This document shows, piece after piece, positions 50,101-62,880 of a DNA stretch of 64,000 nucleotides (the stretch's first letter is position 1; each line of letters opens with the position of its first letter). The translations under genes were made by a program, and so were the position numbers. Under the pieces are notes generated by a model. That model searched no databases. It saw nothing but the letters and a program-made list of their open reading frames with translations, and was not told the origin of the DNA. This stretch comes from Paraspadella gotoi (taxonomy: Eukaryota; Animalia; Chaetognatha), in the NCBI GenBank assembly GCA_051294375.1, contig CM119267.1, positions 26,117,293 to 26,181,292 on the forward strand, read 5' to 3'.

Positions 50101-53100
50101 GAGTAATTGGTGATTTTTGCTAAGGTGGGATGGACGGACGGACATCATTTTTTTTGCATAATTTATCATAATTCGATGTTCTGACATGATATAAGTTAGT
50201 GCCCGACAATATTGAAGGGGCGGACCGACGGACCGACAAAGTGAATTATAGAGTCGGATCTGCTGATAAGCAGATCCGACTAAAAAAATAACCTAGTATG
50301 ATCACAAAAAAAACGACACATCATTTTCTAATAAGAAGCTTGCTGTATTCATTTCTCAACATATGTGGTGTAATAATGATTTGAAGAAAATGGATAGTTT
50401 AAAGAATTTAGAACTGGTCGTCATTCTTTAAAACACATCTCTTGAATTAATATGTTCAGGCCCTGTGTGAAATCCCTGCCATTTTTCCCTTAATTCACAG
50501 AATGTTGAAATCCTCGTTGACGCTTTGCTTTATGAGTTGGAGTTTGAAACGATGGTTGATCATCTCCGCTCCGCCCTCGATGCCCTCATCTCCACAGCCA
50601 GAGACTTAAGAAAGAACGAGGCTCTCCCTCGACTCTTCGATCTTCTCCTTCGAGCCAGGCGTGTACCCAAAAGTGGCAGAACCCCCGCCACCGCCTCCGC
50701 CGCCGGCTTCCGTTTAGAATCTCTTCTGACGATCGCGGATTCTCCCTCGTTGTGTCGGGAAACCTCGGTGCGTAATATTAATTTTATATTAGCATTCTTT
50801 TAGCAGTTCTTTTTTGCCTTTGACTTTGTGGCAGGCGTCAATAGCAGACGAAAGTAGTTAAAATCATTAATATCATTAAATTATTGATAAGTTTTATCGC
50901 TTGGTGGTCAGGTGATCCGTCTCGTTGTGTTGGCTCTCGAAAGACGAGGCGACCCCGACTCTAATTTACTCCTACATTTTTGGGAGGGTCTTCCTCGATT
51001 GCGAGAAGCCACGCTCTATCCTTTGAGGTCGCTTGAGAAGAGAGTTCGTCTGGTGGGCGTGGCGATGGATCGGATTCGTCGTCTCTCGTCGCCTCCTCGA
51101 CGCCTCCTCGATTTTCTTGTGGAACTCAAGTCGGCCAAGACCTTTCTCCTTTCCGAAGTCGCCGATGCGAGGAAGCAGGAAGAAGAGTTGGCTTCCTTTT
51201 TCTGCGTCGACGTCGCTGATTTTGACCTCGACGATTGCTTTCGAACCATTTACGCTTTTTCAGTCAATCTGCGGCGGACGGCGGCCGAAATTTCCGCCGA
51301 GCGGGCAGCGGCAGGCGCTACGGACCAAAGCGGAGCGTTGCGAGACTTTCCCTCTTTGGACCGAATACGTCGCATTTGCTGCCCGGAAGAGGAGCGACCG
51401 GGGTCGGGCATGTCCTGCTCCAGCGGCGGATACGGACCCCAAAACTCCCCTGTCGACGTAGGCCCCTCTGCCAGGACGAAAAGTCGAAGCTTTGGACGGG
51501 ACAGCGCCTCATTTCCGTTCGCCTTGAGACGTGGCGAAGACGCAGGCGTTCAGTCGTGGCGTCTTTGTCTTAAAGAAGCGAAAGATTCTCGATTCGATTC
51601 TACACAAATCGTCAGCCCGAAATTCTCTTCCAAGTTCGATCATGTTCTCAACGACGGCGTCACGCGAAAGATGTCCGTCTACAAAACTCAATCCTCCGCC
51701 GGCAACTGCGACTCCTATCTCAGGGAGCCTCGTCATTCGTCGCCCAAAGCCTTTGCTATGCCGGATGTTGAGTCGGCACCGACAAAGAAAATATCGGCGC
51801 CGCGATATTCGTCTCTTCTTAATTCGGACGACGACGCAGAGAGAGAGGCCACTGGTTTCAGTCCGCTGCCGCTTCGACGCTCCAAGTCTTTTAAAAATAG
51901 ACCTGTGAGAGGAGGAGGAGCGACTGATGAGGCAGATTCTATTACGACGGCTTTGGCGGAGCAGGTAAGAGATTAGTCAAAATCATTTCACTAATTAAAG
52001 AAAGTTTTAAACTTTTTTTATTACCTAAACAGACAAAAAATAATATTAGGATTCTTAATGTTTTATTATTGTAAGCTGATTTCTTCAGGAGAGACGAGAC
52101 ATCCGCGAGAGCCTCATGCTGGACACGGATCTCGAAGACCGAATCGAGGCACGGATCAAAGAGCGAAAGTTGCGGCGCTTTGAAGACGAGCTATTGCAGG
52201 GCGGCGGAAGCAGCGGTGGCGGCAACAGCGGCGGCGGGACGATTTGGACGCAGAGTCGAAATAAATCTTTCATCCTGACTCCTCGCGACGGTTCTCCGTC
52301 GGCGGAGAGCGGTCGGGTGTCTTCGTCGGCGTCTCGATCCGTCTTCTCCAGTTTCGCTTCTCATTTTAACGCCGAAGACAAGTTTCGTCGCCGAGACTCA
52401 CCTTCTCTTTCCTCCGCCGCTCCAGCGCCCGTCAACAACCTCGGGCACGGATGCTCCTACCGCGCGTTTCGATCAGCCTCTAGCCCCGTCGCCGCCCCGG
52501 ACGCCCTAGACGGCCTTCGCGAATTCCGCCGTCGCGTGCATTGCCGCAGCCCGCAGCCTCCTCCACTTTCGACGGACATCAACAGCGTGATTCGCCAGAT
52601 CGACGAGGAAGGTCGCGCTTTCGAGAGGCAGATGGAGGCGCTCTTTAGCGAAGCCGAGAAGTCGACCATGGGATCAACGCCATCTGCCTCCTCCTCTGTT
52701 GACAAAGAGGACGAAAAGCGATGCCGTCTTTTCCGCAAAGATGAAGTTGACGATGACATCGATGAGGAATCCTCGTCGTTGTCATCTTCTACTTATTTTA
52801 AACGTTTTGATTATAAGAGCGCCAGCGTCAGGGTAACCAAGAAGGAGAAAGCCAAAAGATTGTCGGCGGATCCATCGCTGAGCCGGACGTCGATTCAGAC
52901 ACCGGCTCAGACGCCGCAAAGGATGTTGAAGCAAAGACAGACGTTAAACGAGACGAGTCCCTTGAAGAAGGGCGCCAGTCAAACGATCCTCAACAAACTC
53001 GTTAAGGGTTTACCATCAACGAAGAAAAGAAGCGAGGGAGATTTGTTAAAGAGCAACCAACTCAAAAACACCGTTTATAAAAGGAATAACAATAACAACT

Positions 53101-53468
53101 CTGTCAAAGACGATGACAATGCAGCCGACTACGATTCCGTCAAATCTTTTCCAGCTTCTTACAAACAGATCTCCAAATCGCCGTTTCGGCGCGAGCGCTC
53201 CAATCCCAACCTCAGGCGACGCTCATCGGAGACAGGAGAGACAATGAAGACGACGACGACGACAAAGTTCATTGGCGAGAAGGCGACGTCATCGCCGTCG
53301 CATGGAGCTTTACGAAGAGAAAAGAGCGACCTGACTGGATGCAAAATCGGTAGCGCTCGTTCTAACGCTGCGTCGGCATCGGGGACCAAGAAGAACGAAC
53401 CTTCCTTCCTTTCTCCGACGGCGGCATCAAAAGCGCGGTCGAGAAAGACGCCGGAGAATAACCTTTGA
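47200..53468 (+). CDS. Divergent INF2-like formin (DID/FH3, degenerate FH2, long basic Ser-rich tail)
   Basis: Exons 47200-48345, 50501-50767, 50912-51964 and 52089-53468, all phase 0. ILRFVNSLL...LLTSILRQL..L...LWSTL resembles the INF2 DID. AAGFRLESL and ELASFFCVD..FDLDDCFRTI..F are FH2-like. Confidence 0.75.
48389..48641. mobile_element. 245-bp structured element, copy 3
   Basis: Colinear with 22616-22860. No matching TSD on the right, where another element begins. Confidence 0.75.
48642..50321. mobile_element. TIR-bounded element containing a minus-strand HINE fragment (about 49020-50287)
   Basis: ATGTGACGTTTTTTTTTGCGACCATACT (48642) versus AGTATGATCACAAAAAAAACGACACAT (ending 50321). HINE palindrome at about 50252-50280. 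Confidence 0.55.
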
Positions 53469-53735
53469 TCAGAAGAGAGAAAGAATTGATGAATTCTATC
53501 ATGTCGCTCCTCTCCACCACGTAGATGCTCAAGAAAGAGAAAAGTAGGAGCAGACTCCTCCTCTCAGCTCCATCTCTCGGGATGCATCGGTTTGTTTCAC
53601 GACCACGTGTTCACAGGTTTTGTCACAAAAGGTTTTTGTAATTTGATTTTTTGAACATTTTTTGTTTTTTTTTATATTTCTCTTTTAGAAATAGTTTGAA
53701 ATTTGTTACTTCAACGAATTTGTTTTTATTATTAA

Positions 53736-53778
53736 AACGGACATGTTTCGACTCTTGTTTTGAGTCTTCATCGGCGTT
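53736..53778 (-). ncRNA. Minimal type I hammerhead ribozyme motif, CCGAUGA variant
   Basis: Minus strand reads AACG-CCGAUGA-A-GACUC-aaaacaa-GAGUC-GAAAC-AUGUC-CGUU: 4-bp helix I, 5-bp helix II and palindromic helix III. Confidence 0.65.
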
Positions 53779-54616
53779 AACAGTTGTGAAACAATTTACA
53801 AAATTGTGAAGAAGAAGTGAGAGAGAAAGAGAGAGGGCAAAAAATTCCAACACAGAGATAGTGAAAGGTGAGGACAGTTTAAGTTGAGGACAGATCAGTT
53901 GTGAAAAGAAGTGAAATGGTCAATTGGTGAGAGAAAGAGAGAGAGAGAGAAACAGTGGGAGAGGCATCATCTGCCCATTGCCTGCACAAGGCTCATTTCG
54001 AGCTCTATCTCAATTCCTAATTTTTCACTTCAACAGTCACTTATCTATCAATCACAAATGTATCATTTCACATTTAAAAACTTTCTTTCCTTTCATTACT
54101 ATTTAATAAATAGTATTTATTTATTATTGTCGCAATCACTTTGCGTTTGCGACGATATTGTAACGCTTTTGCGCATAAGTGGCGTCGTCGTTGTCGTCGG
54201 CGTTCCAAATTATAGATCGCCTTTTTTATGATTAAATTTTGGGTGTATGAAGCTAAAAATTTATATACAGCTTCTCATCATCGATGTGCTTAAATTGAGT
54301 CTGGACAGTTATTAAATATGTTTTGTTTACGTTTTATCAAAACACAAATTTTCTCTCTTTTATTTTCATATTTCTTTCTCTCTCTTTTTTTTTAATTACA
54401 TGTCTCTCTCCCTCTCTCTTTTCCCTAGTCACTGATTCATAATCATAGGGGAAAAAAAACGAGTCTGCAGCTGGTTCTGCAGGGGCTTATTCTTTTTCTC
54501 TCTTTTCTCCTACTGCTTCTGCTGCTGCCTTTTGAGTCTGCAGCTGGCTCTGCAGGGGCTCTCTTTTTCTTTCTTTTCTCCTGCTGCTTCTGCTGCTGCC
54601 ATTTGATTTCTTCTTT

Positions 54617-54647
<31 letters not shown>

Positions 54648-55734
54648 TTTTATTCAAAAAGAATTGAATTGGGATTGAACTCGTAAAATTAGGCATCGCA
54701 TTCGTGCATGTTATCATTTTGCTATAGTAACATCGGGTTTTATTTCACTTTAGTCTTTACTTCACTTCGTCAGTCTGATTCAAGTTTCACTTTGTCTTTT
54801 GTCTGGGAATGCTGACAGTGTTTAGAGAGGTCGCATTCGATCAAACTGCTCGCTTATGGCTCTACTCCCGCTTCGGGTATTTTAGACAATGATTTTGAAA
54901 TGGAATAATTGTCATTTATTTTCATCTCGCTGATAAATATAGGACATTCTTCAGTTAAAAAAACGGTTGGCTATAGTTATCTTTTACTTGTAAGGTAGAG
55001 CACACTAGGTAAATTTCTATGCCTTCAAAATACGGTAAGACATGATTTCTTTCGCGACAAACAATCTAATCTCGTTATCTACTTAATTTTTAAAAAAAGT
55101 ATTGGCGATTTTTCACGGTAAGAACAACTTTTAACTATGAAATAGCTCATAAGAATTTTAACGTCATTTAGGTTCACAGGACTCTTCAGGAAAAAGATGA
55201 CACATAATCGTTTTGTTTCTTACACTCTCTTTTTCTTTTTCCTTCTTTCTTCCTTCTTTTCTGTCACTCTTTCTTTCCTTTAATCCTCCTCTCTTCCCTT
55301 TCCTCTCTCTTCCTCTCTTTTGTCTCTTTTCCTTTTCTATTTCTTTCTTTATCTCTGCTTTTCTTCTTTTTTCTCCGATTCTGTCTCTCCTTTCCTACTA
55401 TCTCTTCTTTTCTCTCCTTCTCTTGTTCTCAATCTCCTCTTACTAATTTTTTTTATACTTTCCAATCTGCTCCCTCCCCCTCTATCAGCTTCCTTTTTTC
55501 ACACACATTGTCTTTCCCTCCTCTTCTCTTTTTCTCCCATTCATTATTATGTCTGCGTTTACATTATGTTAAATATATGAAAATGTTTAAAATGTAACGT
55601 AGTAAAAAAAATTTTGGGTAGCACAAGATTTTATTCAAAGTTTGGTTGCCTAGCAGATTTAGTAAATCGACAGATTTTGCGATTCTTAGAAAAAACAAGT
55701 CCTGACGCTTTCTATTGGATTAAAAGGATGCGGT

Positions 55735-57430
55735 TTTTTTAGTCGGATCTGCTTATCAGCAGATCCCGACNNNNNNNNNNNNNNNNNNNNNNNNNNNNNN
55801 NNNNNNNNNNNNNNNNNNNNNNNNNNNNNNNNNNNNNNNNNNNNNNNNNNNNNNNNNNNNNNNNNNNNNNNNNNNNNNNNNNNNNNNNNNNNNNNNNNNN
55901 NNNNNNNNNNNNNNNNNNNNNNNNNNNNNNNNNNNNNNNNNNNNNNNNNNNNNNNNNNNNNNNNNNNNNNNNNNNNNNNNNNNNNNNNNNNNNNNNNNNN
56001 NNNNNNNNNNNNNNNNNNNNNNNNNNNNNNNNNNNNNNNNNNNNNNNNNNNNNNNNNNNNNNNNNNTGCTAAGTAACTCACTTTGTCGGTCCGTCGGTCC
56101 GCCCCTCAATATTGTCGGGCACACACTTATTCATGTCAGAACATCGAATTATGATAAATTATGCAAAAAAAATGGTCCGTCCGTCCGTCCGTCTGTCTGT
56201 CCGTCCGTCCGTCCAACCTTAGCAAAAAACACCAATTACTCGTGATTGGATGGATGGATTTAAATGAAATTTTGTGTGAGGATAGGTAAGTGTGTGATTG
56301 AGCTGGATATGAGTTTCGTGGAATCGTCCGAGTGGAAATGAGTTTAAATGGAAAAAACAAAAAAAATATATTCACTATTTGAACACCAATTGCTCATGGG
56401 TGGATGGCTGATTGACCTGGAATTTGTAATGTGGGTAGGAAAGTGTGTGATTGAACGGGAAATCAAGTTTCGATGGAATAGTTTGAGTGGAAATGAGTTT
56501 AAATGGAAAAACAACAAAAAACCTGTTTTACTAATTGATTATGTTTCTTTTTCCTTTTATATTAAATGTATATGCAGGATGTTTATAAATCAAATAATTA
56601 ATCAGTAATTAATTAGTAAATAAATTAATCAATTAATTAATTAATTAGTCAATCAATCCGTCATCCGTCCCATCTTAGCAAAAAGCTCCATAACTCGTGA
56701 TTGGCTGGTTGGATTGGAATTAAATTTTGTGTATGAGTAGGAAAGTGTGTGATAAAGCTGGATATAAAGTTTCGATGGAATCGTGTGAGTGGAAATTAGT
56801 TTAAATGGAAAAACATAAGTCGAATTTGCTAAAATCTTTTTACTTATTTTAACAATAAATACTCTAATTAATCATAATTGGATGGATAGATTGAGTTGAA
56901 ATTTGTGTGTGTGGTAGGAAAATGTGTGACGAAGCTTGAATAAAGTTTCAGTGGAAACGTACCAGTGGAAATGAGTTTAAATGAAAAAAATATGAGTCAC
57001 ATTTACTTGAATCTTTTTATTTATTTAACCCATGATAGATTGAGATGAAATTTTGTGAGCCAGTAGGAAAGTGAGTGAAGAAATATAAAGTTTGACGGAA
57101 TGCAAGTTGAAAAATGATGCAAGTTAAAAAATATTAAGCATAAGGATCGTCGCTATTGCATAAAAGAGATAGGGTGAGAGAGAGAGAGAGTGAGAGAGAG
57201 AAGAGAGAGAGTGAGAGAGAGAAGAGTGAGAGAGAAGAGAGAGAGAGAAGGAGACATAAAATAAAAAATCTTAAAAGACTCAAGATCGAGCCAGAGCCCA
57301 TTATCAAAAAAATTAATGAAAAAACACCGGGAAAAAAACGAATGAATCATGCGATAACGAATTATTGATGTAATAGTAATTTATTGATGTAATAGGAATT
57401 GGATTATTGATTCAATGATAATCAATTATT
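55735..57430 (+). mobile_element. HINE copy containing an N gap (55771-56066), 3' truncated
   Basis: 5' palindrome, (GTCC)n and internal repeats colinear with 19427-20880. Confidence 0.8.
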
Positions 57431-58749
57431 GATTAGACGTCCCAGAAATATCATACATTATTGAAAGTTCCTGATACCTGCAAAGTTTCTTGTGCCAAAT
57501 TTAGTGAGAAAACGAATATCACAATAAAAAATTTTCCTGGATGCTCTTAGGATTTCCCGCCGTTTTTGCGTCGAACCACTTCCGGTTTTTCAAAAATTCA
57601 GGATTTTTGGAAAAAAAATAAGCTGTTATTTCAGGCAGCATACTTAAATTAATCAAAATAAAGTTACCAATAACCTTAATATTACATTTTTGTTTTGGTT
57701 TATAAATAATGTTAAAAATATTTTACAAAAGGCTTTAAGTTATTCATAATTTTTTTAGCCAAATTGGCCCTGCCACTACTCAATAATTAAATACATTTAA
57801 CTATCCTGGTTAAACAAATAGAACTGTCTAAGGGATTTTAAATCTATATCTTTAAACACAGATATTGGACTTTAAAAAGTTTACAGAGTGTGAAAAAGAA
57901 AGTAGCGAATTAGATTAAAGGCGACTTGGCTTTGCAGCTAGCAAGCCTCTCACTCAACACCCTAACCCGGGCCCTAAGCAAACCATTATTCTTAATCAGT
58001 TTCCCGTCACTTGGGATATTTAACCTAACCCTCACCCTAACCGAACACTACTCTGAGCCTCAACTCTAACCATAATATCTGTCATGCAAGCCATCTCCTC
58101 TCCCTCTCCCTCTCCGCCGATAGCGCAGTGAGGTATTTTCTGTAAATTTAAACCAATTTGAACAATTTTTGTTAAACAAATTATGATAAAAACTGAAAAT
58201 GAGACTTTTTGACTTGTCAACTTTAAAATTAATTCATATGCAAACTACAAATGATTTAAGCAAATACATTTACCTAGAGGTGAATAAGATAAGGAAGAAC
58301 GGATTTCCAATGTAAAAAATTTTTCTCAACTTTCCTTGGCATTCAAATCAGAGGACGAAAGTGAAAATGGACAAAAATGGACATGATTTTTTTTCTTAAA
58401 TATTGCAAAAAATGTACTTTTTTATTATTAGAAACAGATGGAGATGATTTTAACCAATCCCTAGTTCGGCCCAATTTGTATTATAGAACAAATTAAATTA
58501 ATATTGTAAGTAACGACTGAACAATATAGGAAGAGTTGTTTTTTTGCTAAATGCGACGTTTGTAAGCGGAACCTTCGTCAGTCTGATTCAAGTTTCACTT
58601 TGTCTTTTGTCTGGGAATGCTGACAGTGTTTAGAGAGGTCGCATTCGATCAAACTACTCCCTTATGCGTGCTTAAAGTAAAACAAAAGTACCTTCAATAA
58701 TGTTACTCCAGTCTTAGCACTTGCTAAAAATTAAACTCGAAAATAAGTT

Positions 58750-59373
58750 ATGAAATTGGTACAACCAATATAAAAATTATCCATTCATTTAATAAATAAG
58801 CTATCTTGCCCCTGACTTTGGACAGGCTTTGGTGGTTTAAGGCCTCCATCACTCTTACAAGATAATGACATAGCAGGTCCCTGCAAGCTTTCAATCAAGA
58901 CTCTCTCACAGTCTCGTTTATTCACTCCCAGAGTACCTGGCTTCCCTATCAATGAAGTGGAAAAATTTTCAAAGAATGTTTCAATTGTATGAAAAGACCA
59001 CTCCCTTAAGTATTAGATCGGGGAATACTTATTGTACTCCGCACTAGCATCAAAATACAAGGAGCTGAATTTTATGAAATTGGTACAACCAATATAAAAA
59101 TTATCCATTCATTTAATAAATAAGCTATCTTGCCCTGACTTTGGACAGGCTTTGGTGGTTTAAGGCCTCCATCACTCTTACAAGATAATGACATAGCAGG
59201 TCCCTGCAAGCTTTCAATCAAGACTCTCTCACAGTCTCGTTTATTCACTCCCAGATACCTGGCTTCCCTATCAATGAAGTGGAAAATATTTCAAAGAATG
59301 TTTCAATTGTATGAAAAGACCACTCCCTTAAGTATTAGATCGGGGAATACTTATTGTACTCCGCACTAGCATC
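58750..59373 (+). repeat. Near-identical tandem duplication of about 320 bp
   Basis: TATGAAATTGGTACAACC...CCGCACTAGCATCA occurs twice, starting at about 58750 and 59073. Confidence 0.9.
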
Positions 59374-61460
59374 ATTTACTGTTTTATATTTATTCTTTTG
59401 ACAATAAAAAAGGTGTTTTTTTTTTGTTTTTTGTTTTTTTTTCCAGAAACTGTAACTGTAAACTGACAATAGCAAAATAGAATTTTTCTTTCTGTTTATA
59501 AATTAATTTTCTTTTTTTCCTCTTTCTATTGTTTCTTTCATTTCTTTCCTTTCTATTGTTTCTTTCCTTTCTATTCTTTCTTTCCTTTCTATTCTTTTTT
59601 TCCTTTCTATTCTTTTTTTTTCTATTCTTTCTTTCCTTTCTATTCTTTATTTATTCTTTTCTTCTTTTTCTTTCTGTTTATAAATTAATTTTTTTTTTTC
59701 AAATTTGATTTTTAGTATAAAAATTTGTCGTCAATCCAGATTTTTCTTATGCAATTGCGACTATCCTTATGCTTTTAAGATTTTTTTTTTTCTCAAATTT
59801 GATTTTTTTAGTATCAAAATTTGTCGTCGATCCAGATTTTTCTTATGCGATTGCGACGATCCTTATGCTTTTAAGATTTTTATTAGATTAATTGTTAAAA
59901 CACTATTAGTTTAAAAACTTATTTCTTTGTTGTACATTACACAATGTATTATTTTGTCTTCCACTGTTTTTTTCTCTCTCTCTCTCTTTAACCAATTGAC
60001 CATTTCACTTCTTTTCACAACTGATCTGTCCTCAACTTAAACTGTCCTCACCTTTCAACCACTATCTCTGTGTTGGAAACTTTTGCCCTCTCTCTCTGGT
60101 TGAAAAAACATATCAGAGTTTAAATGAATTTTTATATTTTAAAAATAGAAATGACATTTTTCCATTTGCCACAATATATTATATTTGGCAAGGTGAGATA
60201 GTATATCTATGTGCTTAAAAAACATTTTTATCGGAGTCAATTAAAGTTAATCGGTGAATCGATTTTCTTTTTTGTCCCAGAATCCTTTACTATTTCATTA
60301 ATTTTTCTCTCGGCTCGCCCCTTTAAAGGCGCTCATTTTACCTTTTTATATGTTTACATACACATTTAATCGGCCCTTTTTATATCTTAGCAGTTAGCAG
60401 TTATAATCTCGGATATATTTTTCTAAATGCATTTTTTATTATTCAAATATATACTGCTCACCTTGGATACCTCAGAAATGGCCTGTATACTGTATAGTGT
60501 ATGCTTAATTGCCTATATTGATTATTCGCTTTGCGTTTTAACTTCGAACATTCCATTAAGGTTTTTATGCTTTTTTTTTTTCATATCAAAAAGAAAAGTT
60601 GTCTGTAACATATCATTTTTTATATTATAGTTGGTTGAGGATTTTTATAGTCAACCTGTGATGAAAATTTTCGGTGCTTGTCATTTTTACTATTACGCAT
60701 ACTTTTATCTGGTTGCATTTTTAGTTGCGCAAGAGAAAGAGGGAGAAAAGAGAAAAACTTTCCTCCAAGAAGGGACGACCGTTTCAACAAGTTTGATTAT
60801 CGTTACCATGGTAACCAGGCGGGTCCCACTGCTGACGCCTCCGCCATTCAAGTTAGAGCGCTATTTCGCACTCCACGAATTTTCCGCTCGGTGGCTTCTC
60901 TCCTGCTCCGACCCTGAGCCATTGACGATGGACGCTCTACTCGCAATGGCCGACCAGGATTGTCGGTGAGAAGAAGAGAGTTGTTGTTGGTGGTGAGTGT
61001 GGCCGACAGACGAATCCTGGTAAGATAGAGTTTGTCTGTAGCACAGCACAATAATAATTTTGATGAAAAAGAAGTCATGGGAAAATGCTGGTAATAATAT
61101 AGGGGCAGTCTTGGCCAATGAGTAATATAGAGGATGTGGATACCGGACAGTCGGGGGTTAGGATGAGCGACGGGCGATTGCTGGTGAGATGGAATTAGTT
61201 TCGGTTAAGGGGCAATATCGATCGAAAATGAAGAATCGGGGTCAAGATAAATGATCACCAGTTTTACGACATTCGATTTACTTACTGAAGCGCTTCTTAA
61301 CGCGCGCTCTAGATAATCGAAGATTATCGCAAATTGAAAAGACAGTAATTATTGATGTGTTAATGACAGAACCGTTCAATATAAGCAGTCCCTGAGCTTC
61401 GGATCAGGCTGTAACACCATGTTACTGGCATGTTAAGCGCCCCGTCCCTCTTAACTGCTA

Positions 61461-61533
61461 GGCGACCACCGGGCCAGAACCCCGGACCTTTGGGTTGGGA
61501 GGCGAATGACTTGCCTCCGGCACCAATGGCCGC
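61461..61533 (-). mobile_element. tRNA-Gly(CCC)-like head, probably a SINE or tRNA pseudogene
   Basis: Minus strand, 73 nt. Acceptor stem GCGGCCA/TGGTCGC, T stem CCGGG/CCCGG, TCGCCTCCCA anticodon region. The anticodon stem and T loop are broken. Confidence 0.55.
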
Positions 61534-61742
61534 TGATGAACGGTTGGTGGATTTTAGTCCACCATGAAATAAAACAAATCTAAGTTTCATCTCTATTCTT
61601 CTAGAGTGCCCTAATTCGTGCCCTAATTAATTATTGAATTCAAATCCGTGTTCAACTGCTCTCAAATAAATATCTTTGAAAACCAAACAGTTATAACATG
61701 TAAAACACCTTAACTATAACCTTATATTCTTAGAACTATGTA

Positions 61743-62880
61743 ACAAGTTTGAACAAACAATGTCGGATCTGCTCACGATCATTATCGGTAATTTATTAAT
61801 TAATTAGTTAATTAATAAATTACCGATAATGATTAATTAATTTGATCCCAAATGTTTGTTTTTAGGTCTTTTCATCACTAACCATGACAAAAGCAATGAC
61901 GATGAGAATAATGCCGATAATGATTGACTTAAATAATCAACAATTAAATAATCAGTCAAAAAATAAATAAATTATTGATTGAATGATTGATTAATTAACC
62001 GATTAATTAATTATTTATTAATTAATTGACTAATTGATTAATTAACTGAATAATTATTTGATTAATTAATACATCTTGCATTTACATTTAATATAAAAAG
62101 AAAAAGAATCATAATCAATTAGTGAAACAGGTTTTTTGTTTTTCCCATTTAAACTCATTTCCACTCCGACGATTCCATTGAAACTTGATTTCCAGCTTAA
62201 TCACACACTTTCCTACCCACATACTACCAAATACAAGGTCAATCGCCCCATCCACTCATGAGCAATTGGTGTTCAAATAGTGAAATATATTTTTTTGTTT
62301 TTTCCATTTAAACTCATTTCCACTCGGACGATTCCATCGAAACCTGATTTCCAGCTCAACCACACACTTCCCTACCCACAAACAAAATTTCATTCCAATC
62401 CATCCATCCAATCACGAGTAATTGGTGTTTTTTTGCTAGGGTGGGACGGACGGACAGACAGACGGATGGACGGACATCATTTTTATCGTTTGCAACGATA
62501 TTGCTGTGGTTTTGCTCCTAAGTGGCGTCGTCGTTGTCATCTGCGTTCCAAATTATAGATCGCCTTTTTAGTTGTATCTGCTTATCAGCAGATCCCGACT
62601 CTATAATTCACTTTGTCGGTCCGTCGGTCCGCCCCCTCAATATTTTCGGGCACTCATATCATGTCAAAACATCGAATTATGATAAATTATGCAAAAAAAA
62701 AGATGTCTGTCCGTCCGTCCATCCGTCCCACCTTAGCAAAAAACACCAATTACTCGTGATTGGATGGATGGATTGGAATGAAATTTTGTATGTCGGTAGG
62801 AAAGTGTGTGATTAAACTGGAAATCAAGTTTCGATGGAATCGTTTGAGTGGAAATGAGTTTGAATGGAAAAAACAAAGAA
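61743..62880. mobile_element. Two HINE fragments in opposite orientation (about 61743-62480 minus; 62566-62880 plus)
   Basis: Family end motifs, (GGAC)n/(GTCC)n and internal repeats. Confidence 0.75.

Noticed and set aside
61461-61533. Functional tRNA-Gly gene
   Set aside because: The anticodon stem does not pair and the T loop is non-canonical, so it is treated as a SINE head or pseudogene.
61533-61585. CTGATGA-hairpin-GAAA hammerhead candidate
   Set aside because: The 7-bp hairpin is offset from the core, and helix I cannot form.
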